In this document: positions 18,946 to 26,601 of the stretch, one piece after another
How positions within the stretch are numbered: the first letter of the stretch is position 1
Layout of the letters: the number at the start of each line of letters is the position of its first letter
Origin: a virus
Lineage: Duplodnaviria > Caudoviricetes
Virus record (IMG/VR): IMGVR_UViG_3300038603_000026
Location: 1 to 40,218 of that record
Length of the DNA stretch: 40,218 nucleotides
Strand: one strand, 5' to 3'
Made by a program: the position numbers and the translations under genes
The notes under the pieces: model-generated
What the model was told of the DNA's origin: nothing
What the model saw: the letters and a program-made list of their open reading frames with translations, nothing else
The model's database searches: none

Positions 18946-19872
18946 ATGATTCATGTAGGAAAGATATCAGGCGGAGAGACTTCGGGAGTTTTAATGGGAA
19001 TTCTTGAGTCCAAGAGGAAAAATGATGGATGGGATGTTGTTCACATTTACAACGAGACCGGACAAGAGGCTGATGAGACATACGAGTTTCTCAGAAGTCT
19101 TGCGGAATACTACGATACAGAAATAATTTGCCTCAAGCCGTTAATCTCAAATATTAAGAACATAGGCGTTACATGCAAAGTTATATCTAGTGATGGTATT
19201 GGCCATGACAAAACAATCATAGATGACTTGTTTGAGTCTTACGGAACAATGACCATAAACTCAAGAATGTGCACCAGCAGAATGAAATCAGAGCCAACCT
19301 CTAAGTATTGCAACGCTGTATTTGGAAAGAGAAACTACAAGTTGTGGCTTGGCATTAGAGCTGATGAGCAAGCGAGAATAAAGGAATTTAACGACCAAAT
19401 GGACTTATTCCAAGCGGAGATGAAAAGAAAAAAACAAAAACCAGAGTGTGAAATTGGATATATGGCGCAGCTATCTGACTTTACAAAGCAGGATGTTAAG
19501 GATTATTGGTCAGAAATGCCGTTCAGACTAAAGATTCACGACAAGCCATTTCTTGGAAACTGCTTATTCTGCCCTCACAAGGAAATAAGCAGAGTTGCGT
19601 TAGCGGCCAGGTACTACCCAGAAAGGGCTGAAGAGTTTGTTAAGCAATGCGAATCAGAATCCGTAAAGGAGCATAATAGGGTTGATAAAGATGGAAATGC
19701 AATGCCTAGCTGTATGATGTATAGAGGATTTCATAGCTTAAGAAGCATCATTGATACATACAAAGAGTTCCCAACAGAAGAACTTGAAGCTCAAATATCC
19801 AGAGGAAACAAGTTTAAAGATACGGGCTGCGGTTCATCTTGCATAGATTACGGGCAACTAACAATGTTCTAA
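18946..19872 (+). CDS. PAPS-reductase-family (PP-loop) protein, candidate DNA-modification enzyme
   Basis: ISGGETSG, ETGQE..ETYEFL, CTSRMK, LGIRADE, GNCLFC. Confidence 0.85.
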   Translation: MIHVGKISGGETSGVLMGILESKRKNDGWDVVHIYNETGQEADETYEFLRSLAEYYDTEIICLKPLISNIKNIGVTCKVISSDGIGHDKTIIDDLFESYGTMTINSRMCTSRMKSEPTSKYCNAVFGKRNYKLWLGIRADEQARIKEFNDQMDLFQAEMKRKKQKPECEIGYMAQLSDFTKQDVKDYWSEMPFRLKIHDKPFLGNCLFCPHKEISRVALAARYYPERAEEFVKQCESESVKEHNRVDKDGNAMPSCMMYRGFHSLRSIIDTYKEFPTEELEAQISRGNKFKDTGCGSSCIDYGQLTMF

Positions 19873-19875
19873 ACC

Positions 19876-19899
19876 AAAGAGGCCAAGCGCCTCTTTTTT
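19876..19899 (+). terminator. Rho-independent terminator
   Basis: aaagaggc-caagc-gcctcttt followed by a T-run. Confidence 0.8.
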
Positions 19900-19963
19900 A
19901 TTGCCTGTTATTTATCAATCGCTTTTCTATCAAAAATCTACCATATCAATCGAATTAATTCAG

Positions 19964-19992
19964 TTGTACGATTGGTACAATACATATATAGT
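19964..19992 (+). promoter_or_regulatory. Promoter with palindromic operator
   Basis: TTGTAC-17-TATAGT; TTGTAC-N5-GTACAA palindrome overlapping the -35. Confidence 0.7.
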
Positions 19993-20020
19993 TACTACAT
20001 CAAACAAACGAGAGGTTTAC

Positions 20021-20227
20021 ATGTTATCAGAAGCGCAAAAAAAGAAAGGTTACTTTGAGTCAGTGTCAGCGGCAGATTTTCGCAGTGACTCAGCCCATTA
20101 CTACAACCTAGTTACTTCAGATGGTTTTATCAAACTAAACCACAGAAGCCGGCCGAACATGGTTCTTATGACTGAAGAGTTATTTGGAGAGTTAATGAAT
20201 GAAAAATCAAAGAGTGATTCAAATTGA
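20021..20227 (+). CDS. Phd/YefM antitoxin-like protein (68 aa)
   Basis: VSAADFRSDSAHYYNLV...IKLNHRSRPNMVLMTEELF resembles the Phd/YefM pattern; GAGG RBS. Confidence 0.55.
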   Translation: MLSEAQKKKGYFESVSAADFRSDSAHYYNLVTSDGFIKLNHRSRPNMVLMTEELFGELMNEKSKSDSN

Positions 20228-20396
20228 GTTCAATCAACCAATCAAGGACGTTAAATTCCTTCCGTTAAAGCTATGCATTATCGCTTACTACGCTGTTAAA
20301 TCGATAGTGTCAGTGCATAGCTATGAAAGCAGTAAGCTGAAAGGGTTTAAGTTTACAGTTAGAAAAAACAAGATTATTAAGGTGAAAGAGTTATGA
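20199..20396 (+). CDS. Small basic hypothetical protein
   Basis: 65 aa, GGAG RBS, overlaps both neighbours. Confidence 0.55.
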   Translation: MKNQRVIQIEFNQPIKDVKFLPLKLCIIAYYAVKSIVSVHSYESSKLKGFKFTVRKNKIIKVKEL

Positions 20397-20596
20397 AAGT
20401 AGATTTAGTTATTGATACCAAAGCAGATATCTCAATTGAGCCACTATACAACGGTCGAATTGAGGCAAGAATTAACGAAGTTTATGTTGACGACATTATA
20501 GCATCAGTTGGACTCGGTACACTTTTGGAAAGTATGGATATCGATGAGGTGATATCCGAACTTGAAGAAAAAGGCTACACAATAAGTGAGGATTAA
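20393..20596 (+). CDS. Small acidic hypothetical protein
   Basis: 67 aa, ATGA overlap. Confidence 0.6.
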   Translation: MKVDLVIDTKADISIEPLYNGRIEARINEVYVDDIIASVGLGTLLESMDIDEVISELEEKGYTISED

Positions 20597-20681
20597 CCAT
20601 GACTAAACGCTACATCCTAACACTGTTATTAATAGGCTTTATCCTATGGTCTTATGTTGTTTACACTGGTATTGAGAGAGG

Positions 20682-20963
20682 TTGGTTATGAGTGATTTAA
20701 TTCAAGCAATAAAAAACAATCAAGATGCATTTATATACACAGCAGAGCGCAGAGCTAGCACGACACCATGCTTTCAAAACAAATGCAGTCACACGGGATT
20801 GGCTGTAGCAATAAGAGCTGGAGACTGGAAAAGAGTTAAAAAAATAGTCGAGCTACCAAAGTATCAAGCTGCATTCAAAAGGCTTGTCTGGTGCTTAAAC
20901 ATGCATAGCGACATTGATATTGATGAGCACTCAAGAATACTAAAGATTATTGGAGAGGATTAA
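20682..20963 (+). CDS. Hypothetical protein
   Basis: ~91-93 aa, GAGG RBS. Confidence 0.6.
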   Translation: MVMSDLIQAIKNNQDAFIYTAERRASTTPCFQNKCSHTGLAVAIRAGDWKRVKKIVELPKYQAAFKRLVWCLNMHSDIDIDEHSRILKIIGED

Positions 20964-21026
20964 CATGAAGCACTTTACATGGACACCAAGCGAGGGGTAG
21001 AAATATCCCTTTATTTTTAATTGACT

Positions 21027-21065
21027 TGTATACACAGTATGTATACACAGTATGTATACACTGTA
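21027..21065 (+). repeat. 13 bp tandem repeat x3 inside a promoter
   Basis: tgtatacacagta tgtatacacagta tgtatacactgta directly after TTGACT (21021-21026). Confidence 0.9.
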
Positions 21066-21085
21066 ATAACTAACTAAGAGGATAA

Positions 21086-21289
21086 ATGATGAAACAGCTT
21101 CCAGTAAGATTTAACGACAAGCAAGTTCTACAGATTGGTGATTTAGTTGATTGCCTAGGAGCTTCAACAACAGACGTTAGTCGAGTTGCTTTGGCTTTGG
21201 GGCTTTAGCAACTTAAAGAATTAGCAGCAAGAGATAAGGAGTCAGCTCAAGAGCTATTAGCAGTAACTGCATTCAAGGTAATGCAATAA
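21086..21289 (+). pseudogene. RHH-like regulator interrupted by an in-frame TAG (21206-21208)
   Basis: MMKQLPVRFNDKQ...ALALGL*QLKELAARDKESAQELLAVTAFKVMQ; GAGG RBS; the frame continues to a TAA just before a hairpin. Confidence 0.65.
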
Positions 21290-21291
21290 AC

Positions 21292-21320
21292 AAAAAAAAA
21301 CCACCCGGCAAGGTGGCTTT
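21292..21320. terminator. Terminator-like hairpin
   Basis: A-run, ccacc-cggcaa-ggtgg, ttt. Confidence 0.55.
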
Positions 21321-21347
21321 AAAATTAGATAACAGAAGGATTATAGC

Positions 21348-21515
21348 ATGGCTAAACCATATATTGACACTTACGAAAACGAAGAAGGCGACATTGTACT
21401 TGTTTACGTAGCTGAGGTTAGACCCTATCACACAGTTGAGCCTCAACACATTATTATAAGCCCAGACCACATTGATGATCTAATTGCAGAAATGAAAAAG
21501 CAAGCGGAGCATTGA
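21348..21515 (+). CDS. Hypothetical protein (55 aa)
   Basis: AAGGA RBS; MAKPYIDTYENEEGD... Confidence 0.55.
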   Translation: MAKPYIDTYENEEGDIVLVYVAEVRPYHTVEPQHIIISPDHIDDLIAEMKKQAEH

Positions 21516-21517
21516 TT

Positions 21518-22186
21518 ATGACGGGATGGGTAAGCCTTCACAGAAAAATTCTTGAATGGGAGTGGTATGACGATGCCAATGTATGTCGACTGTTTATCCA
21601 TTGCCTATTAAAAGCAAATCACCAACACAAAAAATGGAAAGGAATAGATATTGAAAGGGGCCAGTTTATTACCTCATTAGATAAGCTTTCAAAAGAAACT
21701 GGTCTATCAGTTAGTCAAGTTAGAACTTGTATGAAAAAGCTAAAATCAACAGGCGAGATAGCAAGCAAATCGCACACGCAACATACTGTTATTACTGTAC
21801 TTTCTTACGATTCGCACCAGTGCAATGACAAGCAAAATGACAAACCAATGACAAACCAATCGCAAACCAATGACAAACCAATCGCAACTACTAATAATGA
21901 TAATAATGAGAATAATGAAAATAAATCTAAGCGCTTCGCGCCGCCATCCATAGAAGAGGTTTTTGAACATTTGTCTGATAGTGGTTATCCATACAAAATT
22001 GAAGCTGAGAAGTTTTGGAACTACTACGAATCGAACGGTTGGAAAGTTGGCAAGAACAAAATGAAGAATTGGAAGAGTGCTGCAACTGGTTGGATTAAAC
22101 GAACCAATCTACCTAAAAAGCAAGCTCCACAAAACAACATGCCACCAGCTGACTATGATCCACTTGAATCACTAAGGAATATGTAA
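21518..22186 (+). CDS. Phage replication initiator / replisome organiser
   Basis: GWVSLHRKILEWEWY N-terminus, wHTH, internal repeats, C-terminal FWNYYESNGWKVGKNKMKNWK; precedes DnaB. Confidence 0.85.
   Translation: MTGWVSLHRKILEWEWYDDANVCRLFIHCLLKANHQHKKWKGIDIERGQFITSLDKLSKETGLSVSQVRTCMKKLKSTGEIASKSHTQHTVITVLSYDSHQCNDKQNDKPMTNQSQTNDKPIATTNNDNNENNENKSKRFAPPSIEEVFEHLSDSGYPYKIEAEKFWNYYESNGWKVGKNKMKNWKSAATGWIKRTNLPKKQAPQNNMPPADYDPLESLRNM
21823..21925 (+). repeat. Iterons plus AT-rich tract: putative replication origin
   Basis: About six 11 bp (aatgacaaacc / aatcgcaaacc) units followed by aataatga repeats inside the initiator gene, as in lambdoid O genes. Confidence 0.75.
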
Positions 22187-23547
22187 TGAATCCGATTTTG
22201 CCACCTTACTCACAAGAAGCTGAAATGGCGGTTATCTCAACGCTGATTGAAGATTGCAGCCTAATGAGCAAAATTGAGTTCTTAAAGGCTGATGATTTCT
22301 ACATGATGCCACACAGATTGATGTTTGAACTGTTTGCCTTAGAAGCATCTAAGGGTGAGATGTTTGACCTAAGCCTGTTGGCTGACAAGATTACCGATGA
22401 AATGGGAGGTATTGCTTACTTCGTAGATATTGGCAAGACAAAGACAGCGAAAGGCGCAATTGTTTCATACGCTCGAAAGGTTGTTGATTTGGCTATCAGA
22501 AGAAAATCAATGGCAGCGTATCAACAGGGAATTAAAGACCTAGCAAACACCAACACAAACTTTGTCGATGAGATTAACAAGGTATCGACTGAGGTTGATG
22601 AGTCAATGTGCAGACTTAACCAGAGCGATTCACTGGACGTTCAGACTCTAATTGAGCAATCAGCCGATGAAATGGAAAGGTCTCTACAGGAAGCACGCAC
22701 AGGGATTTCTACGGGCATACAAGAGGTTGATGAGAGATTAGGTTATCAGATGCTAGCTATTGGCGAGGTGACGATTATAGGAGCACCATCAAAGAACGGT
22801 AAAACACTTTTTGCTAATACCATCGCGGCACGTTGTGAGTTAGAAGCGGGTGAATGCGCTCATATTTACAGTATCGAAATGCCAGCGCTAGGGATGTTCA
22901 ACGGTATTGCATCGGCAATATCAGGCGTTCCGGCTAACTTCTATGCTCGACAGTCGTACTACAGCAAGGTTATGCCGTCAAAGTATGATGAATGGATGGG
23001 GCGCTGGGGTAAAGCAGCGCACGAACTTAGAGAAAGCGGAAAGATAACCATAGACGGGCGCAAGGATGTGACAATGGCATACATTTGCAGTGATATGCGA
23101 AAGCAAAGCCAGATTGCGCAGAACCAAGGAAGAAAGCTCCGCGTTGTGTTTATTGACCACGCACACCGAATCACATACGACTGCTCCAAAAAGCCAATGA
23201 CCTATGCTATGGGGGACGACGTGCGAATGCTGAAGAACACGGCTGCAGACTTGGGAATTGCAGTGGTTTTACTTTGCCAGTTAAACGAGAACAGCAAAGA
23301 CCGAGAGCCGACCTCATACGACATTCTGGATACTTCGCGCATTCGCCATGAGATGCAAGCGTTTATCGGACTTCGATTGTTTCGTGAGAATGGTGAAACA
23401 TACTTCGGCATTTACGGACACGACCCGCGATTTGCCGACCACGAAACCAAGTTTCATCCAGCTTACATGTGGATGGATAACGGGGTTATTAAATCGCTTC
23501 CAGAGCACAATAAACACTGGACACCAAGCATTACAGAGCAACAGTAA
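22186..23547 (+). CDS. dnaB: DnaB-like replicative helicase
   Basis: PPYSQEAEMAVI N-terminus, GAPSKNGKT, SIEM, FIDH, LCQLN. Confidence 0.9.
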   Translation: MNPILPPYSQEAEMAVISTLIEDCSLMSKIEFLKADDFYMMPHRLMFELFALEASKGEMFDLSLLADKITDEMGGIAYFVDIGKTKTAKGAIVSYARKVVDLAIRRKSMAAYQQGIKDLANTNTNFVDEINKVSTEVDESMCRLNQSDSLDVQTLIEQSADEMERSLQEARTGISTGIQEVDERLGYQMLAIGEVTIIGAPSKNGKTLFANTIAARCELEAGECAHIYSIEMPALGMFNGIASAISGVPANFYARQSYYSKVMPSKYDEWMGRWGKAAHELRESGKITIDGRKDVTMAYICSDMRKQSQIAQNQGRKLRVVFIDHAHRITYDCSKKPMTYAMGDDVRMLKNTAADLGIAVVLLCQLNENSKDREPTSYDILDTSRIRHEMQAFIGLRLFRENGETYFGIYGHDPRFADHETKFHPAYMWMDNGVIKSLPEHNKHWTPSITEQQ

Positions 23548-23650
23548 ACTTTTAACAGATAGGTGAAGAGATGAAGAAATATAGGGTATTCGAAATAGTG
23601 TGAGTATCGATTAATAAACATACAGAATTGATACCCACACTTAACAAACC

Positions 23651-24973
23651 CTATTCGTGTGTATTTGGTTGTTTTTCAAGCAAAGTAACCATGTCTCTAA
23701 ACAGTGCTTTAAAGGCTCGATGTCTTAAGCCATGCATGGTTACTTTTGGATCGTCTTTCTTCAACAATTCAAACAGTGGATCATAAGTTGGTTTGTTCAA
23801 TGACTTCATTGACACTTCTAAGCCGCCTTTGTTGTAAAGCAACTTCGCTCTAAGCACTTCAAAGCTATAACCGCGACCATTCCTAAACACGCCCTTAATA
23901 GTGTTATTCAGACTCTCTGTAACAGCGTTGGTGTAGGGATAGTCCCACCAATTGAAGATAGGCTCATGCCAGTTATCAACGGCTCGTATCGCGTCCTTGA
24001 AGTATTTCCTGACAGATGGTGTAGATACTGCTTTCCAGTTCTCCCAATAGTCCTCAGCTTCCTTTCTGGTTGGCATATCCCACATATCGAGAAATGCTTC
24101 CTTAGCGTTATACACTTCCATCAACGTTGGGTATTCCTCTGTCCAGAAATGGAATGACGCCAGCTCGTTTAAGCCTTTGATATTGGCTCTACGTTTAAGC
24201 AGTATCTTTCGGTCATTCTTGAGCTTCTTACGCTCCTTGTCTGATAGTTCGGCTCGTATCGCCTTACGTGCTTTCTCCATGGCTTCGCCAGCCATCTTAG
24301 CAACGTGAAAGCGGTCTATAACGACAACGGAATTAGGCAATAGCTGTTTCACTGCACGGTAATACGGTCGCCACATATCGATACAGACGATCTCAATATC
24401 TTTCCATCCATTCAGCCTCATAATGGCTTTCTGAGTGGCATCCTGAGACCTATCCTTACGCATATCGAGTAGAGTTCTACGCTCAATATCCGTCATGACA
24501 AGGTGCATCTTCTTGCTGAAATGAGTCTCATCGATACCAAGAACGCGAGGAGCAAGCCAGTCATGCTTACCTTCGATAATATCTACGTAGTTGGCGAATA
24601 CGTTGCGTATAGTACCTTCCGTGATACCCATTTCAGTGGCTACATGTGTAAACGGCACTTTTCCACACATTCGCATGATGTAATCTTCAGCTCGTTTAGT
24701 CATGCGAAAATCATTAGAGAGCCAGTCCAGTTGTTCAAAGCAAGTCTTGCCACAATCCTTGCAGCGGAGCCGCTTTCTATCGAACTGAATCTTGATGGTT
24801 TTTCCGTACATGCGAGTGTCGTTGTAAGGTTGGTTTACTTTGCCGACGATTACTGTATTGACTGATCCGCACTCGGAACAAGTGCGGTTAGGAGATATAG
24901 ATTGAGCGTGGAATATACAGTGTTCGTCATACTCTTCACGCTCAATAACTTTCAGGTTTTCAATGTTTAGCAT
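23651..24973 (-). CDS. tnpA: ISL3-family DDE transposase
   Basis: Zn finger CSECG...CKDCG, HTH, LGIDE, CIDMW, IDRFH, TNAVTESLNNTIK. Confidence 0.95.
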   Translation of the reverse strand: MLNIENLKVIEREEYDEHCIFHAQSISPNRTCSECGSVNTVIVGKVNQPYNDTRMYGKTIKIQFDRKRLRCKDCGKTCFEQLDWLSNDFRMTKRAEDYIMRMCGKVPFTHVATEMGITEGTIRNVFANYVDIIEGKHDWLAPRVLGIDETHFSKKMHLVMTDIERRTLLDMRKDRSQDATQKAIMRLNGWKDIEIVCIDMWRPYYRAVKQLLPNSVVVIDRFHVAKMAGEAMEKARKAIRAELSDKERKKLKNDRKILLKRRANIKGLNELASFHFWTEEYPTLMEVYNAKEAFLDMWDMPTRKEAEDYWENWKAVSTPSVRKYFKDAIRAVDNWHEPIFNWWDYPYTNAVTESLNNTIKGVFRNGRGYSFEVLRAKLLYNKGGLEVSMKSLNKPTYDPLFELLKKDDPKVTMHGLRHRAFKALFRDMVTLLEKQPNTHE

Positions 24974-25127
24974 TGCTTAGCTTTTCTTTTGCTTGAGATA
25001 AAAACTCATTTTCAAGACCTTCAAGCATGTCGCAGTCATCCAGATCGATTCCATTAGCAACGATGTCTTTTAACTCGCTCTCAGTTGCATTTTTTAGTCT
25101 GTCGGCTACGTATTCAGTAATGTTCAT
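24960..25127 (-). CDS. Transposon passenger ORF4, small acidic protein (55 aa)
   Basis: GGAG RBS; overlaps the transposase start. Confidence 0.7.
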   Translation of the reverse strand: MNITEYVADRLKNATESELKDIVANGIDLDDCDMLEGLENEFLSQAKEKLSNAKH

Positions 25128-25137
25128 AATTTCTCCA

Positions 25138-25314
25138 TTACATCTGAATGTCGATGCGATCAATCTCACCGCTCTCTTTCAAATAAACGTCAACACCATC
25201 AATTTCAACAAGTGCGCCACCATCATCAAAGAAGGTAATTTCGACATCATCAAACTCTTTTGCTTGCTCAAAAATGCTTTTTGCACAATTTTGAATCCTT
25301 TGAATTTTCGACAC
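25138..25314 (-). CDS. Transposon passenger ORF3, small acidic protein (~58 aa)
   Basis: GAGG RBS before a GTG at 25314. Confidence 0.65.
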   Translation of the reverse strand: MSKIQRIQNCAKSIFEQAKEFDDVEITFFDDGGALVEIDGVDVYLKESGEIDRIDIQM

Positions 25315-25324
25315 AATTTCCTCT

Positions 25325-25507
25325 CTATGATTGATTTGTTTTAAGAACATTAGACTCAATCAACGAGTCAATCAAATCTGGTATTTTGTACTCGTTTACA
25401 TTAGCCAATAGAGCCATGATTGCAGCAGTTGCAGTCGCTTCATCCTTTGCTGCATTAAGCAGTGATTCCATGATTTGTTCTGGGCTAGCTTTCATGCTTT
25501 TCTCCAT
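25325..25507 (-). CDS. Transposon passenger ORF2, helical protein (60 aa)
   Basis: Starts immediately after the ORF1 stop. Confidence 0.65.
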   Translation of the reverse strand: MEKSMKASPEQIMESLLNAAKDEATATAAIMALLANVNEYKIPDLIDSLIESNVLKTNQS

Positions 25508-25711
25508 CTATTTTGATTTTTTATTGCTTTCACGAACTGCGTGGAAAGCCTCTGCGAAATCATCATAATCCGTGCAATCTGGATCATACGGGTTTGCCAT
25601 TGGACAACCAGATTCTGCGACCATTCTTCCAAGTTCAGCGGCAGTATCAAACTCAAATGTGAACCCTTTGTGCTTACAACGATGCTTGGTTTCTTTGTGC
25701 CATCTAGCCAT
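25508..25711 (-). CDS. Transposon passenger ORF1 (~67 aa)
   Basis: First ORF after the extended -10 TGCTATATT inside the element end. Confidence 0.65.
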   Translation of the reverse strand: MARWHKETKHRCKHKGFTFEFDTAAELGRMVAESGCPMANPYDPDCTDYDDFAEAFHAVRESNKKSK

Positions 25712-26601
25712 TGATATACTCACTTTTTTACGAATTGAACACCAATTGAATATAGCATTACTATGAACTCACGTACACACTATTTTACGAATACCCGAAA
25801 TATAAATGCATAGTTCCAGTTAGTGGCGGCAAAGATTCTCAAGCTTGCCTGAAAATGGCAGTTGAAGAGTTTGGTTCAGATAATGTGTTGGGGTTGTTTT
25901 GTGATACCAAGTTTGAGCACCCATTAACGTACCAGCACGTTGAAAACCTAAAAGAATACTACGGCGTTGATACTCACACTCTTAACGGTGGTGACGTTGT
26001 TAGCGAGTGTAACAAGAACGGAAGATTTCCAAGCGGTACGGCTAGGTTCTGCACTGACAAGTTAAAGATTAGGGAGACTAAGTTTTTCCTCAAAGAATAC
26101 AGCGAGGAACACGGCGCGGTTCAAGTTTGGTATGGAATGCGTACAGATGAGAGCCAAGAGCGTGCAAAGCGATACCAATACAGAGACCCTGATGAATTAT
26201 ACGAACCTCATATTCTCCTTGGAAATTACCCAAAGTACCTAGGAAAAAATGGCGTTAGATATCGAGTTCCTATTGTTGACTGGACGCGAGATGAGGTTGT
26301 TGAATACTTAGAAGGCAAACACAATCCTTTGTATGACATGGGATTCGATCGAGTTGGCTGTTTTCCTTGTTTGGCTTCAGGTGACGCCTGGAAAATCAAA
26401 GCATTTACTCACGATGAGTTTGGCAAAAGTCAGTTGATAAAGGTTAGGCAGATTGAAGAGGAAACGGGCAAGTCAGTATTTACCAGTAACATAGGTAAGG
26501 CATTTAACTCTGGATGCATGATAAGCAAAAACCAGATAGACATGTTCGAGCTTGGTGATAGCAGTCACGGGTGTAGAATTTGCGAGATTTAAGGAGTTGC
26601 C

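Larger units (their letters stand above)
23584..25796 (-). mobile_element. ISL3-family transposon with passenger genes (2,213 bp)
   Basis: Terminal IRs gggtattcg--aaatagtgtg / gggtattcgtaaaatagtgtg; 8 bp target duplication GAAATATA at 23576-23583 and 25797-25804. Confidence 0.95.
23571..26592 (+). pseudogene. Second PAPS-reductase-family gene, split by an ISL3 insertion
   Basis: Joining 23571-23583 to 25805 onward gives MKKYKCIVPVSGGKDSQACLKMAVEEF... (266 aa); FCTDKLK, GMRTDES, RVGCFPC. Confidence 0.9.

Noticed and set aside
21035-21050. LexA SOS box (cagtatgtatacacag)
   Set aside because: It mismatches the essential CTG half-site and is explained by the 13 bp repeat.
21206-21208. Genome-wide TAG recoding
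   Set aside because: The capsid, portal and other genes end in TAG at sensible positions, long genes have no internal TAG, and no suppressor tRNA was seen.
21823-21925. CRISPR-like or novel repeat array
   Set aside because: The units are contiguous 11-mers without spacers inside the initiator gene, i.e. ordinary iterons.
23584-25796. Self-splicing IStron or RNA-guided (TnpB/IscB) element
   Set aside because: There is no group I intron core and no RuvC nuclease ORF, and the element is antisense to the host gene with classic IR/TSD ends.
25855-26592. Intact stand-alone 245 aa gene
   Set aside because: Its PP-loop lies upstream of this ATG, and the real start is at 23571, beyond the transposon.
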